Assembly: GCA_000165345.1 (NCBI GenBank)
Contig: CM000429.1
Span: 288,001 to 352,000, forward strand
Reading direction: 5' to 3'
Length of the DNA: 64,000 nt
Notes under the pieces: generated by a model
The model's input: only the letters and a program-made list of their open reading frames with translations
The model's database searches: none
What the model was told of the DNA's origin: nothing
Part shown: positions 41,574-52,291 of the stretch, piece after piece
Layout of the letters: each line of letters begins with the position of its first letter
Position numbering within the stretch: position 1 is the first letter of the stretch
Program-made: the position numbers and the translations under genes

Positions 41574-41807
41574 TAAATATTTGAATATTCATTTTCTATT
41601 TAACAAAATCTCAAAACAAGAAGTAAGCATAAAGCCATTTATTATATATTGATGAACCCGAACTTCAATTGCTCGATTAATTATTTATTCATACTTTAAT
41701 ATGGCTTGAAATCCAATATATATCAATAGAAATAATTCATGCACACAGTGAATTAGTAAAAGTAGAAAACTATGTTTAGCTTAGCTGAAAAAAAAAATGA
41801 AAAAAAC

Positions 41808-42490
41808 CTAAAACTGAAATTGCAAATTGAGTTTGGTATTAATATCAAGATGGGCAACCATTTCACAAAATTCTTCATAAGAAATGAGCCCATCTCCGTC
41901 TTTATCTGCTTGAATTATGCACCTATCAACCAATTGTTGAAGCTAAAATAAAAATTAGATTAATTTGTTTCAGTGAAATTTAAGTTAAAATACTCTGAGA
42001 GTAATAATGGCATTATTCCAAAACTTACTTGTAAATCCTCCAAATTATCTCCAACCATTATTTTCATAACCTTAAAAAGCTCCCCATTTGAAATCCAGCC
42101 ATCACTATTCACATCATAGATATCAAAAGCAAACTTCATCTTCTCTTCCGGATTACTCCCAACAGCTAACCTTGCAAGACCTATAATGAATTCAACAAAT
42201 GATACTTTACCGTCCTTATTAGTGTCAAAAATAGAAATCACACGCTTGACTAATGGATTATCTGCAATTTCTGGCATTTCGAAAAGCTCGTGTGGGTCAA
42301 GCTCCCCATTTTGATTAGTATCTAGTGCCTTGAATCTAGAGTATATACGAATAATATCTCTTCTGGTAAAGCTCGCAGCGTGTACTAGCTCAAGCTTTTC
42401 CTGCTCTGAAATACCACTTGATTCATTTCTAAGCATTAGTTTGGCGATTAATTTCGTGCAAAAAGACTAATAGAAGAGAGCTTACCCCAT
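41808..42490 (-). CDS. CNB: calcineurin B (EF-hand regulatory subunit), three exons including a 5-nt first exon
   Basis: Exon 1 is 42486-42490 (ATGGG). Intron 1 is 42429-42485 (GTAAGC…GCTTAG, 57 nt). Exon 2 is 42029-42428. Intron 2 is 41943-42028 (GTAAGT…TTTTAG, 86 nt). Exon 3 is 41808-41942. The product is MGNESSGISEQEK…NPLVKRVISIFDTNKDGKVSFVEFIIGLARL…KFAFDIYDVNSDGWISNGELFKVMKIMVGDNLEDLQ|LQQLVDRCIIQADKDGDGLISYEEFCEMVAHLDINTKL. It aligns along its full length to calcineurin B, including the MGNE myristoylation-type start and four EF hands. The unspliced track ORF (42436..41960) lacks the last EF hand. Confidence 0.7.
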
Positions 42491-42734
42491 TTCTTTTTTT
42501 AATGGTTTCCTCCTTAAAGCTTCACCTGGGAAGATCTTTGATCTCTATTTGATTGGATCCAATATTTAATTTATTTTCATGATTATATATTCAACTAGTC
42601 GGAAAAGCGCTCTAAACGTACGGCATGTCTATAGTGCAAATACAAAAAATTGCAGATAAGTTAAATGATAGAAAAAAACTGCAATATTTTTTTTTTGATA
42701 AGATTAGAACTACCTAATATAATAATATAACAGA

Positions 42735-43775
42735 CTAAAGAGAGTCGTCTCTAATTTTACCAGACTCCTGCTTTGAACTTAATAATAAACTACTTTCTTC
42801 TGTTGTTTTTGGTTGGCAATCCACGACCACATCGGTGTTCGTATTAGATACATTATTTGATCTATTTGTGTGCTCATTATTTTGAATGCCTCTATCAGGT
42901 TTCTGAGAATGTTCGAAGTTTATTCCATCACCTATCTGGTTTCCAACAGGAAAAATCCACAAAAATGGGTTCGACCCAAATACTTGTTTAAACGAATGCA
43001 TATAACCCTTAAACCACATGTTAGTATAGGAAGTGCTTCTAGACTTCTCACAGAATTCAATAGTTGTCATAGAATTAAAAACTAACCATAAATGAAAGAA
43101 AAAGAAGGAAAATAATACAACTACCAAAAATGCTGATAAAATTTCGGCCAACAAAAGCGCGACAATATCTCCAAATTGAATAGTTGTCATATTTAGGCTC
43201 TTATTTAGGGTAGGACCCAATGTAATGGTAATAAAAGCACATGAAATTGCAGAGTATAATATTAAAAGTAGGAGGTGTTTATGGTTTCCCCAACCAACAC
43301 AGTTGCTGATCCAGGGACAGTGGTGATCCATTTTAAGAACACAAGTTCTGCATACTCTACAATGGTGAGTTCTATCAGGCTTGTATTTTGCACACCACTT
43401 ACAATATCTTCTTTCTCCATTACTTTTCAGCTCTTTTGATTTTAAATCGCTTTGTAAGCCTCCCGTAGTTTTAATGCTCCATTCGGGAGTATCCGGAATC
43501 TCCCCAGGCTTTGTCAAGATACTAAGAACAAAGCAAACGAGCGTCATGAGTACAAATATATTGAAAATGACCACTTGAGAAATGCCAGCTTCGCTATTTT
43601 CCTTAATTAAAGGAATAATATGGTAAAACGTATAAATCAAATATAAACACATTATAATCACCACTACAAAGATGACAGGGAGCGCAGTGAGCACTTTCCT
43701 CCTAAATTTATCGTATCCATTTGAATGGTCTAGCAGAATATCATCTGTGCCAGCCATATTTGTTGATTTGGTCAT
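42735..43775 (-). CDS. DHHC-type protein S-palmitoyltransferase
   Basis: CKWCAKYKPDRTHHCRVCRTCVLKMDHHCPWISNCVGWGNHKH is the zf-DHHC cysteine-rich domain, flanked by four hydrophobic helices. Confidence 0.8.
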   Translation of the reverse strand: MTKSTNMAGTDDILLDHSNGYDKFRRKVLTALPVIFVVVIIMCLYLIYTFYHIIPLIKENSEAGISQVVIFNIFVLMTLVCFVLSILTKPGEIPDTPEWSIKTTGGLQSDLKSKELKSNGERRYCKWCAKYKPDRTHHCRVCRTCVLKMDHHCPWISNCVGWGNHKHLLLLILYSAISCAFITITLGPTLNKSLNMTTIQFGDIVALLLAEILSAFLVVVLFSFFFFHLWLVFNSMTTIEFCEKSRSTSYTNMWFKGYMHSFKQVFGSNPFLWIFPVGNQIGDGINFEHSQKPDRGIQNNEHTNRSNNVSNTNTDVVVDCQPKTTEESSLLLSSKQESGKIRDDSL

Positions 43776-44004
43776 CTATATTTTTAGATCCTTTTCTTTA
43801 ACCTTTTTTCCTTAAAGTATAAATGGCTACTCTTCTAAAACACAATCCATATATACAAATTATCTTATTAGAAATTTTCCCGATTTACTCTTTTTTCCAA
43901 CTTCCATTCACTTACATGTAATATTTCTTAGATGGTAGACATATTCCCGCATATTTAAAGGCTCCCTAAACTATTATTTCTGCACCCCTAAATACCGCCA
44001 CATA

Positions 44005-44015
44005 TTCGGCGGGAA
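44005..44015. promoter_or_regulatory. classical E2F site TTCGGCGGGAA in the divergent spacer between the DHHC gene and the 44277 gene
   Basis: GCGGGAA core of the canonical E2F consensus. Confidence 0.45.
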
Positions 44016-44276
44016 CATGAAGTCACTAAAAGTGGCAAGTATTAATCAAAGGAAAACTTGATCATTGAATTAACAAAGAAGACGAATGTTGTACAATTGA
44101 GATAAAATAACGGATGGGATTTTGGGGGTTTCCTGTACCCTTTTGGATTCTGTTCACTGCACGGCGATACATGTGTGTATTTCAAATTTTGAGTTTACGA
44201 GCAAAATATAGCTGGCTAGATCATTGATTAAGTATCACTAAAACTGAGTGAGGTCCATAAAAGTGTCCATATTACA

Positions 44277-45668
44277 ATGTTAAATAAAGATACATCTAAC
44301 TCTCTCAAAATACCGGAATACTGCTTTAGGCGTCGCAACTTTAAAGGAGAGGGGGAGCTTGAAAATTCAAAATTACATGCATTCACTGATGAATGTTGGG
44401 ACTCGCCGAGAATAACTCCAAACTTTGGTGATGAAAATGATAGCCTATTACCAAATCGGACACTGAGTAGGGTACCTAGAATTTATTCTTTGGCTGAAGG
44501 TGATTTTGAGGATTTTGAGAATAAACCTGAAGCTCACAAACCTCTTTTTGACGCCGCCAGAGAGTCATCAAGCATTGATTCAGAGATCACCATTCATGCA
44601 GAAGAGTACACTAAACCCGCTAATGATGGCTATGATTATGATGATGATTATTATGATGATGACGATGAAGCGCTAACTCCGCTGGCATCTTCTGCTGCTA
44701 GATATAGACTTTATGATATTGATTGGGATGAAAAGTCAAGGCTGAAAAAAGACGAGCAAATCAGTAATATCCATGAAATTCAAGATGATATAAAACTTAA
44801 AGACTCTGATTTTTGCCTTCTAGATTCCACAGGAATAAAAGGTCCTAAGGAATTCGAAACTAAGCAAGGTAAAGTTATTATTTCGGAAGATGGAGACTTC
44901 AGCTTTGAGTTTTCTGACAGAAGGAAACTTTTCACAGTCAAAGGAGGAGGATGTTTCGTTTTAGTCAGTGATGTTATTGATAAGAAAAGAAGGGTTTCTG
45001 ATGATTCATCATTTGAGTCTGCTGATGTAACTAACCAAGAATACAATGAAAGTAAATACCACGTTAGTGAGCTTCCGCAACAACATTTAAAGAGATATAT
45101 CTATGGAACTCATCTTTGTGAAACTATCAAATCGTTCATTCCAAAGGTAAAGCTTAAAGTTCCCCAAGAAGGGACTTATTTTTTGATGTCTAATCATTTA
45201 ACTTTTGCTGATTTTCGAGCTGAATTTATCTCAAACCTATCAGGCCAGGTTCTCTCTGCTCATCTTACTAATTATCAATCAACCGTTATATTTACCTCAA
45301 AAAGTGGTAAGAGAGTAGAATTTGATAAACTAATTCTTGACAAAATGGGAGTTTTTGAAGAGGTTGACCAGGCCTTTGAAGAAATTAAGTACAATGATTA
45401 CTTAATTAAGAAATCTCATGAAGTTTCAGAATGCGGAATTGAATGGTCTACAATTATCAAAATCTGGAGGTTGATACTCGATAGGCTTGTTGATTGCAAA
45501 AATTTGGAGCTAAAGGGGCTTAAAGCCTACTCTGAATCTCTTATTAGTTCTGATGTAGATTTAACCCTTAGTGAGAGCTTTTCCATTGGAGGAAATTGTA
45601 TGATGGACTGGCACATTAAAAAAAGTGTCTTTGAGAATATATTCCCAATTCAAGTTGAGAAGTTCTGA
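44277..45668 (+). CDS. hypothetical acidic protein (463 aa)
   Basis: ATG ORF with an acidic D/Y stretch (DGYDYDDDYYDDDDE). No recognisable domain. Confidence 0.5.
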   Translation: MLNKDTSNSLKIPEYCFRRRNFKGEGELENSKLHAFTDECWDSPRITPNFGDENDSLLPNRTLSRVPRIYSLAEGDFEDFENKPEAHKPLFDAARESSSIDSEITIHAEEYTKPANDGYDYDDDYYDDDDEALTPLASSAARYRLYDIDWDEKSRLKKDEQISNIHEIQDDIKLKDSDFCLLDSTGIKGPKEFETKQGKVIISEDGDFSFEFSDRRKLFTVKGGGCFVLVSDVIDKKRRVSDDSSFESADVTNQEYNESKYHVSELPQQHLKRYIYGTHLCETIKSFIPKVKLKVPQEGTYFLMSNHLTFADFRAEFISNLSGQVLSAHLTNYQSTVIFTSKSGKRVEFDKLILDKMGVFEEVDQAFEEIKYNDYLIKKSHEVSECGIEWSTIIKIWRLILDRLVDCKNLELKGLKAYSESLISSDVDLTLSESFSIGGNCMMDWHIKKSVFENIFPIQVEKF

Positions 45669-45699
45669 CTTAAAATTTTTAATCAAATTTAGATAGTAA

Positions 45700-48588
45700 T
45701 TACTTAGAAGTAAATCCCTTTAACGATTTTAATGAGCTCGCAATATCATTGTATTTGAATGAATGTTTGTTTAGACCATTATTAACCATTCCAAAGCGAA
45801 TAAGTGCCAATATATCGTGGTACGGGATATTTTTACAACGTTCGCTTGCGACATTGTGAGAGTTATCATTTAAATTAATATTCTTGTAAAAATTTGTCAA
45901 GTTACTTTGGTTAAATGACTTGAGATGTTTTTGAACTTTCTTCTCGGAAAAGTTTAACTTTGATTCAATCGATGCCATGTATTCCAAAATTATAATAAAC
46001 ATTGAAAATGATTCTTTGTATTGAGAATTATATATTTCTTTTTTCTCATAAAACTCTAATACTTTGTTAAAGTATGTATCTGCCTTTTCAATTTCTTTGG
46101 AAAAAAGCTTAAACGCGAAACAGCTTGTGTTCCCTGATTCATTTTCCTCACCTTCCTCCTCTTCTTCAGAATCTAGCTGATTTTCAACTTGAACAATGTT
46201 GTAATGGAAGATACTTTTGATAGTTAATATGAAGTACAGGGCTGAAACGGAATTATAAAGAAAAATTTCTAAGTCAATGCAAGGAATCGTTGGAATTGAC
46301 TCCTTGCTCCCAAGCTCAAAGTTAGATATTAACAATGATACATTCTTGAATATTAAATCAATACTTTTTTTCATTTTGGTCAAAAATTTATATGGGAGAA
46401 ACATAAAGATATTCTTAATGTGGCTGAAGTTTACGAAATGGCTACATCTTATTTTCTTATTCTCTGAAAACTCTTCAACAATATTTGATAAAACCTGGTT
46501 AAACTCCTTGATTTTGCTTTGAAAATAACTATGTACAAGATCCTCTTGGATTTCGCTTAAAGCATTAATAATATTTGATGTACAAATAAAGCAATATATC
46601 TGCTTGTTACTCAAAACTGATCCTCTAAGAAAGTTGATAAGCAACTCACTTCTTTCATCTGAAGAAGCCTCCCCATTATCATTACTCTTCAAATAACCTG
46701 CTTCCGTATTATTGCTAATACTCAAACAATACTGAGTCATAATGAAAAATAGGTATTTAACAGCGTCAGCAATCCAACCATCGTTTTTAAATAGTCCCTC
46801 CTCTATTATTCCCTTAATATTACTTGTTATACAATAAGCAGTATAATATAAAATATAATTTTCTTCATATTTTGAACACCAAATGAGAAATGACGAAAGG
46901 AACTTTCCCGCCTTACATGCATTTACATGTAAATTGCCTTTGGAATTGTCAGATTTTACAGATTCTTGATTAGCAAGAAAGTGTATATCTAATAGCAATA
47001 AGTAAGTAAAACTGGTAATGTGAATAATTGACACAAGCTCCATGTTTTGACTTAAATATGTAGAAAGATGTTCCTCCGATTGTTTAAATGATCTGTCCAT
47101 TATATTTGCCGTAGTCTGAAAAAGTTCAAGAATTTCACTAATTAATATGAGCTGCATATTTCTATCTGCATGCATTGTACAACATGTTTCGCATAAAACT
47201 GGGAAAAGAAGAGAGAAATATGAAAAATCGTAAACTTCACTTTGAAGATGTAGAATTTTGTGAATATGGTTAATAATCTTGAATGTACTTTCCTTTGAAG
47301 TTGAAAATAAAAGTGGAAAGGTGACGAATAGTTTCTGAAGAATCTCAACAGAATACCCTTCATTGGAGATCATCAATTTTGTGTAGCAACAATCTTTGTC
47401 TTTGAAGATATTGTTTTCTCTATTTTTAATATATTCTGATGTAATTTTATTGTTATTCAATTTACTTCCAAAAGCTCGTTTGCTAGATGACTCAACCCCT
47501 AGAATTCGAATTAAAATCACGTATTCAATTATATCAGTGAGAACTTCCTTTTCAATTAACTTTTCCAATATCCTCTTTGAGCTTAATATTAATTTTAAAG
47601 TCAAATGCAAAAACTTGATAGTCAATCCTATACGTATATACTGCTCCTCTTTAATCACTATTTGATCATTACCTGAGTTATTATCTAAATAAAAGTTATA
47701 AAGTAAATTTTCTATTAAAAATAGTTGTTTTGCAACCAAGATTTCTGTTAATACTATTGAATAATCATTTTCTTGCAGAATAAACTCTTCAACAATAGGA
47801 AGTACTAAATTAATATTTAAGTTTAAGTTCTCAATGCAATATACCTTTGCTGATTTAGAATATATCTCAATACTAGATTCAACAAGTTCTTTATTTATCT
47901 CTTCTTGAGTGTTCTTGTCTAGTCTATCTACCAACAATTTAGTTGATTTAAAGAATTCTAAAGTCATTTTAACCATTTCATCCGTACTTTCCTGCAAACT
48001 CAAAAATATGGATGTGGTGAGCTCAATTGATCTTGAAATTACAGCACTGAATTCTTGAATATATTTGCCTTCGTGCATTACTTCTTTATCTTGTTCAGTA
48101 TTGTGAATAGTTTTCTTAACGTTCAATAATGCATCAATAAAAGAATACATTTGCCTAATATAATCCCCAAAATCTTCTTCAAATGGATGTGACAGCTTTA
48201 CTACATCAGAGATCAAAAGTATTAGCAATCTTAGAAGCAGATATAAGCAATTTAAATTACTTAGAACAAATTTTATTACACCATTATCTTTTATTGAAAA
48301 TAATCTGGAAATTTCTTTTATAGAAATTTCCTGGTATTTATCCACTATTCTCTTTTTGTTATTGGTCCTCAAAATATCAAATCCATCCTCATGTTCATAT
48401 CTCGTATCATTATTTTCATCATGCTGAGAATTAATGCTAATAAATATCTCATAATCTATAAGTAATTTTTTCTCCAATAGCTTAATGTTATGTTTATTCA
48501 CATTCAAGTACCTATTCACATATGACAAGAGTTCAGGTAACTCGTAGTCATAATTATTTGCAAATATTAAATCTACGATTTCTTCCAT
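45700..48588 (-). CDS. large hypothetical protein (962 aa), helical-repeat-like
   Basis: Uninterrupted 962-codon ORF with ATG at 48588. Composition is consistent with an all-alpha protein; family not identified. Confidence 0.55.
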   Translation of the reverse strand: MEEIVDLIFANNYDYELPELLSYVNRYLNVNKHNIKLLEKKLLIDYEIFISINSQHDENNDTRYEHEDGFDILRTNNKKRIVDKYQEISIKEISRLFSIKDNGVIKFVLSNLNCLYLLLRLLILLISDVVKLSHPFEEDFGDYIRQMYSFIDALLNVKKTIHNTEQDKEVMHEGKYIQEFSAVISRSIELTTSIFLSLQESTDEMVKMTLEFFKSTKLLVDRLDKNTQEEINKELVESSIEIYSKSAKVYCIENLNLNINLVLPIVEEFILQENDYSIVLTEILVAKQLFLIENLLYNFYLDNNSGNDQIVIKEEQYIRIGLTIKFLHLTLKLILSSKRILEKLIEKEVLTDIIEYVILIRILGVESSSKRAFGSKLNNNKITSEYIKNRENNIFKDKDCCYTKLMISNEGYSVEILQKLFVTFPLLFSTSKESTFKIINHIHKILHLQSEVYDFSYFSLLFPVLCETCCTMHADRNMQLILISEILELFQTTANIMDRSFKQSEEHLSTYLSQNMELVSIIHITSFTYLLLLDIHFLANQESVKSDNSKGNLHVNACKAGKFLSSFLIWCSKYEENYILYYTAYCITSNIKGIIEEGLFKNDGWIADAVKYLFFIMTQYCLSISNNTEAGYLKSNDNGEASSDERSELLINFLRGSVLSNKQIYCFICTSNIINALSEIQEDLVHSYFQSKIKEFNQVLSNIVEEFSENKKIRCSHFVNFSHIKNIFMFLPYKFLTKMKKSIDLIFKNVSLLISNFELGSKESIPTIPCIDLEIFLYNSVSALYFILTIKSIFHYNIVQVENQLDSEEEEEGEENESGNTSCFAFKLFSKEIEKADTYFNKVLEFYEKKEIYNSQYKESFSMFIIILEYMASIESKLNFSEKKVQKHLKSFNQSNLTNFYKNINLNDNSHNVASERCKNIPYHDILALIRFGMVNNGLNKHSFKYNDIASSLKSLKGFTSK

Positions 48589-48988
48589 TTTGTGTGAATA
48601 TACAAAAAATCATTTTCAAACCTGCCACGATATACCCGATTACGAACATGCTATAAATTGGTATATCCCCCCCGCATGAAATTTGCTGGAAAGAATAACT
48701 CAAAATGTGTTGCTAATTTATTTCAAAACCTAAATAAAGGTAAATCTTATCTTGATATAGCCCTTAGTTTCATTAAGTATTTCTTTTGGCAGAATTAACA
48801 TCAGTATTTCTAAAAAAAAATGCTCTAAATTCATTAGAATCATGTTGGCGGCAACTGCCAGAATTTACAAATTTCAATTATTACACTTTAGGAAATTAAA
48901 GCAGAAATTAAACTAAGCCCTGAAAAAAAAACTGAGACCATAGTTCATAATACTTCATTTATGAGCCTTTATTCTGAATTTTTTCGGA

Positions 48989-49732
48989 ATGCCAGCTAAA
49001 GAAGATTTTAAACCATTCGAAATCAACAACTTTTTGGCTGAGTTCAGGTCTCAAGTATCTAAAAGAAAGAAGCGATTTCAAGAACAACCAAGCTCAAAGC
49101 ATTTAGATATTTTTGCAGATGGAAGAGCTAAGCTAATGGTCAAAAAAACTAATGATAATAATTATCAATCAGATATTAAAAGGCTCATTGAATTTGCCAT
49201 TGATAGGCCATCAGTACAAGGTGAGAACTCTCCTTTAAGTCCATTCAATACTGATTTGCTTTTCTTCAATGAAGATACAACCTCTTCTTCAGTTTATTTT
49301 GAGTGGTCATGCACGGATTGTCCATTATATATGCCAAAGATGTGTAATTGTGGAACAAAAGGTGGTGAAAATCTATATTCTATGGTCTGTAGTAATGAGA
49401 GCTGTGAAGGCCTGCTAAAATTACCTTATAGTCTTATACATATACCCTTGAATCGTAAAATTAATTCAGTCCAATCATTCGTTTCTGAAAATATGGGAAT
49501 CCCAAGCTCTATACTTATTTATTATGGGAAACTAAAAAATTCACTGCTTTTAGTGTTATTTGACAAAGAACAAGAACGAAGCCTTGTAAGAGCTCTTTAT
49601 AATGCATCTGAATCTATTGGTTGTATTGCTTTATATGATATTTTTCCAGATAATAACAAAAGTAGAAGTTCAAGAAGGCCTTATACGACTAAGCTTAAAT
49701 ATACTGGTCAAATCCGTAATTTATACAAGTAA
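48989..49732 (+). CDS. hypothetical Cys-containing protein (247 aa)
   Basis: ATG ORF with a Cys cluster (CTDCPLYMPKMCNCGTKGGENLYSMVCSNESCEG). It is divergent from the 962-aa gene and its 3' end lies next to the 3' end of Mre11. Confidence 0.45.
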   Translation: MPAKEDFKPFEINNFLAEFRSQVSKRKKRFQEQPSSKHLDIFADGRAKLMVKKTNDNNYQSDIKRLIEFAIDRPSVQGENSPLSPFNTDLLFFNEDTTSSSVYFEWSCTDCPLYMPKMCNCGTKGGENLYSMVCSNESCEGLLKLPYSLIHIPLNRKINSVQSFVSENMGIPSSILIYYGKLKNSLLLVLFDKEQERSLVRALYNASESIGCIALYDIFPDNNKSRSSRRPYTTKLKYTGQIRNLYK

Positions 49733-50228
49733 TCATTCACTTCAAGAACTAATAATATAAAATTAACGAGCCCTAATTTTAAACCATGTCAATATTCAAA
49801 TTTTAAATCATAACTCAATTATTCTTAAATAACATGGATATAATGATTTGAATCAATTTTGAAGTTTGAAACCGAATCTGCGAGAGAAAAAAAAAATCAC
49901 TTCATATCAAGTTAATAATTGTGTCGCATATTCCTAATAACAAATTCTTTGTTCACTATTTATACTTTGAAAGCTATATTTTTATTTAATTAAGTTTCCT
50001 TATTGATAAGTCATTTACTCATCTTATTAAAATTATATCAATTTTTTTTCATAAAATAATTCTTCAAAGAAAAATATTTATCTATTCGTTAATTTTGACT
50101 TTTATTTTTGTTTTTGTATTAGATTAATAATGCGCTGATATTGTGCAGAAATTTCATGTGTTCAAAATATTCATTATATCAACTAGTTGAAAGGAACAAA
50201 CTAAAGAATTAAATACATTATTCTCAGA

Positions 50229-52032
50229 TTAATTCCACTCGCTATCTGAGATTTCTCCCATTTTCTTATTCTTCACAGACTTCCTCTGGTTCGTAATATT
50301 TTTATTCTCGCGTGATCTCTTGCTTTGTTTAATATGATCAGAAGAATCGGAAATCTCCCCCTCACTGAATGAGTCAGAGAAACCTTCAGACATTATTGAG
50401 TCAATTTGACTAATGCCAAACTCATCTTTGCAAATTCTATTATTTTCCTTAATTTTTTGCAGAACATCGCTTATTTCCAGATTTTTATTGTTTTTGTAAA
50501 ATGAATTCGATTTTGAGATAGCATTGAGAATGCAATTTTCAATGGAGTGGTTATCAAACTTGTTGACAAACAAGTCTATTGCCTTATTCAAATCATTGAT
50601 ATTAATCACTTCTAATCCGTTTAATTTTTCGGTATAATGAATTGTTAAGCTTTCAATCATGTTGCTATCATCAGAACTAAATGAAATTGGGTTAATTCTC
50701 GAATTAAGACCAATTGGATCTTCTTGATCATTGTATTTATTTACATTGTTTCTACTACGTCTACTAAACATCAAAATCTCATGTGGATTTGCTGTTTTAC
50801 TAACAAACTGAAACCCAAACCTTTTCGAATTGATCAGCTGTGAGTCACATTCATATTCAACTCTAAGCCTAATAATTGGTAGATCCATTGACTTATTCTT
50901 TAGAATTTCTTGTATTTCAGGATTCTGAGGCAAATTTAACTTATTTTTTTCCAACTGTACAATTTTTGCCTGTTCAATTAGTTGATGAACTTTTTCAATT
51001 AAATGTTGTTCAACCTGAGCTAAATCTTTGTCTAAAACAATATTATCATGGATAAAAACCCTTGGTGAGAGTAAAGGTATGGGAGTTGTTTTAAATGTAT
51101 TATTTTTTATTTCCAATAGTGTAACATGCTTTTGTAAACTTTCAGATGCAATAAGAGATGTAGCAATTGAAGATCCTGGCTGAAGTACAAAGAAGTTTTT
51201 ATTTGCAACCTCTACAGGGTTAACAATGCATTCATGTTCGTGACCCCAAATTATTAAATCAAGAAAATCTGGTAAAAATGATTCTGGAATAGAATCTTTT
51301 GATAGGGTTCCCCCAAAATTGCCTTTTTTTCTATTTTGATGGAAAAGCAAAATAGAAAACCATTCAGAGTCACCATTAGTATTTTCAGGAATCAAAAATT
51401 TAACTTTATTCTTTTCAAATGACCTATGAAGTCTTTCATCTCTAATATTTCCAATTCCATATATTGCCAACCTTGTACTTCCTTTCTCAAGCAAAACTGG
51501 AAAAACTTCTATGTTATCTACATTGTTATTCTTTCCTATATAGTTGATAAACCTCGCTGACTCAAGTATATCTAGCGGAGAAAGAAGCCCTTCTTCTCCA
51601 GGATCGTCATGATTTCCATGTATTCCGAAGAATGGAATGGATACGTTAGCATCACCAACTTCCCAATTGTACCCATTAACATTTGATGAATCTTGTCGAT
51701 TTAGAGCTCTGAATTTAATTTGTTTATTCCCCATACAGTACTCACGAATAATGTTCATTACCTTATACATTATATATTTAGAAGGTTTAGCAACGTCAAA
51801 TAAGTCCCCACTATGTAGAATAAGGTCTACATCAAGTTTTTTACCAATAATAAAAATTTCCTCCAACGTAATTAATGAGTCATTACTCCTTATTCTATTA
51901 AATTAATTTACTAAACTATCGAATTGATCACAAGTCAGTTCAAACATACCTATCTCTTTCTTTATATCCCGTATGTGTGTCTGTACATACAAGAATTTTA
52001 AATGTATTATCATCGTCCCCAGTTACTTCCAT
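50229..52032 (-). CDS. MRE11: Mre11 double-strand-break-repair nuclease, two exons
   Basis: Exon 1 is 51950-52032 (MEVTGDDDNTFKILVCTDTHTGYKERD, phosphoesterase motif I). The intron is 51895-51949 (GTATGT…TTAATAG, 55 nt). Exon 2 is 50229-51894. The junction …KERDR|IRSNDSLITLEEIFIIGKKLDVDLILHSGDLFDVAKPS matches Mre11 (…[43 protein letters not shown]) in register. Downstream motifs GIHGNHDDP (III) and GHEHE (IV) are present. The track ORF begins at a TTG (51866) inside exon 2. Confidence 0.8.
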
Positions 52033-52100
52033 TGTTATTCATTCATTTATTGTATTAAAACGCTTCAAGTCAATATGCAGTTAAAAATAGCCCCCAGCAT

Positions 52101-52112
52101 TTTGGGCGCCAA
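52101..52112. promoter_or_regulatory. E2F-type motif TTTGGGCGCCAA, about 70 nt upstream of Mre11 exon 1 and shared with the divergent 52292 gene
   Basis: Seen directly in the sequence. Confidence 0.55.
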
Positions 52113-52291
52113 CTTACTTGTTAATGACCTTTGCATATGTTTTTTCACAAGGCAAAAAATATTATCAATATCTAAAAATAAATAAAACTTGTTACAGCAA
52201 CTGTAATGTTTCTTCCTGTAACATCAAGACAGTTGTTTTTAAGAAGTTATTTGTTTTGGTAGGATAAGAATATAGGTTGAGAATTTCGAAG

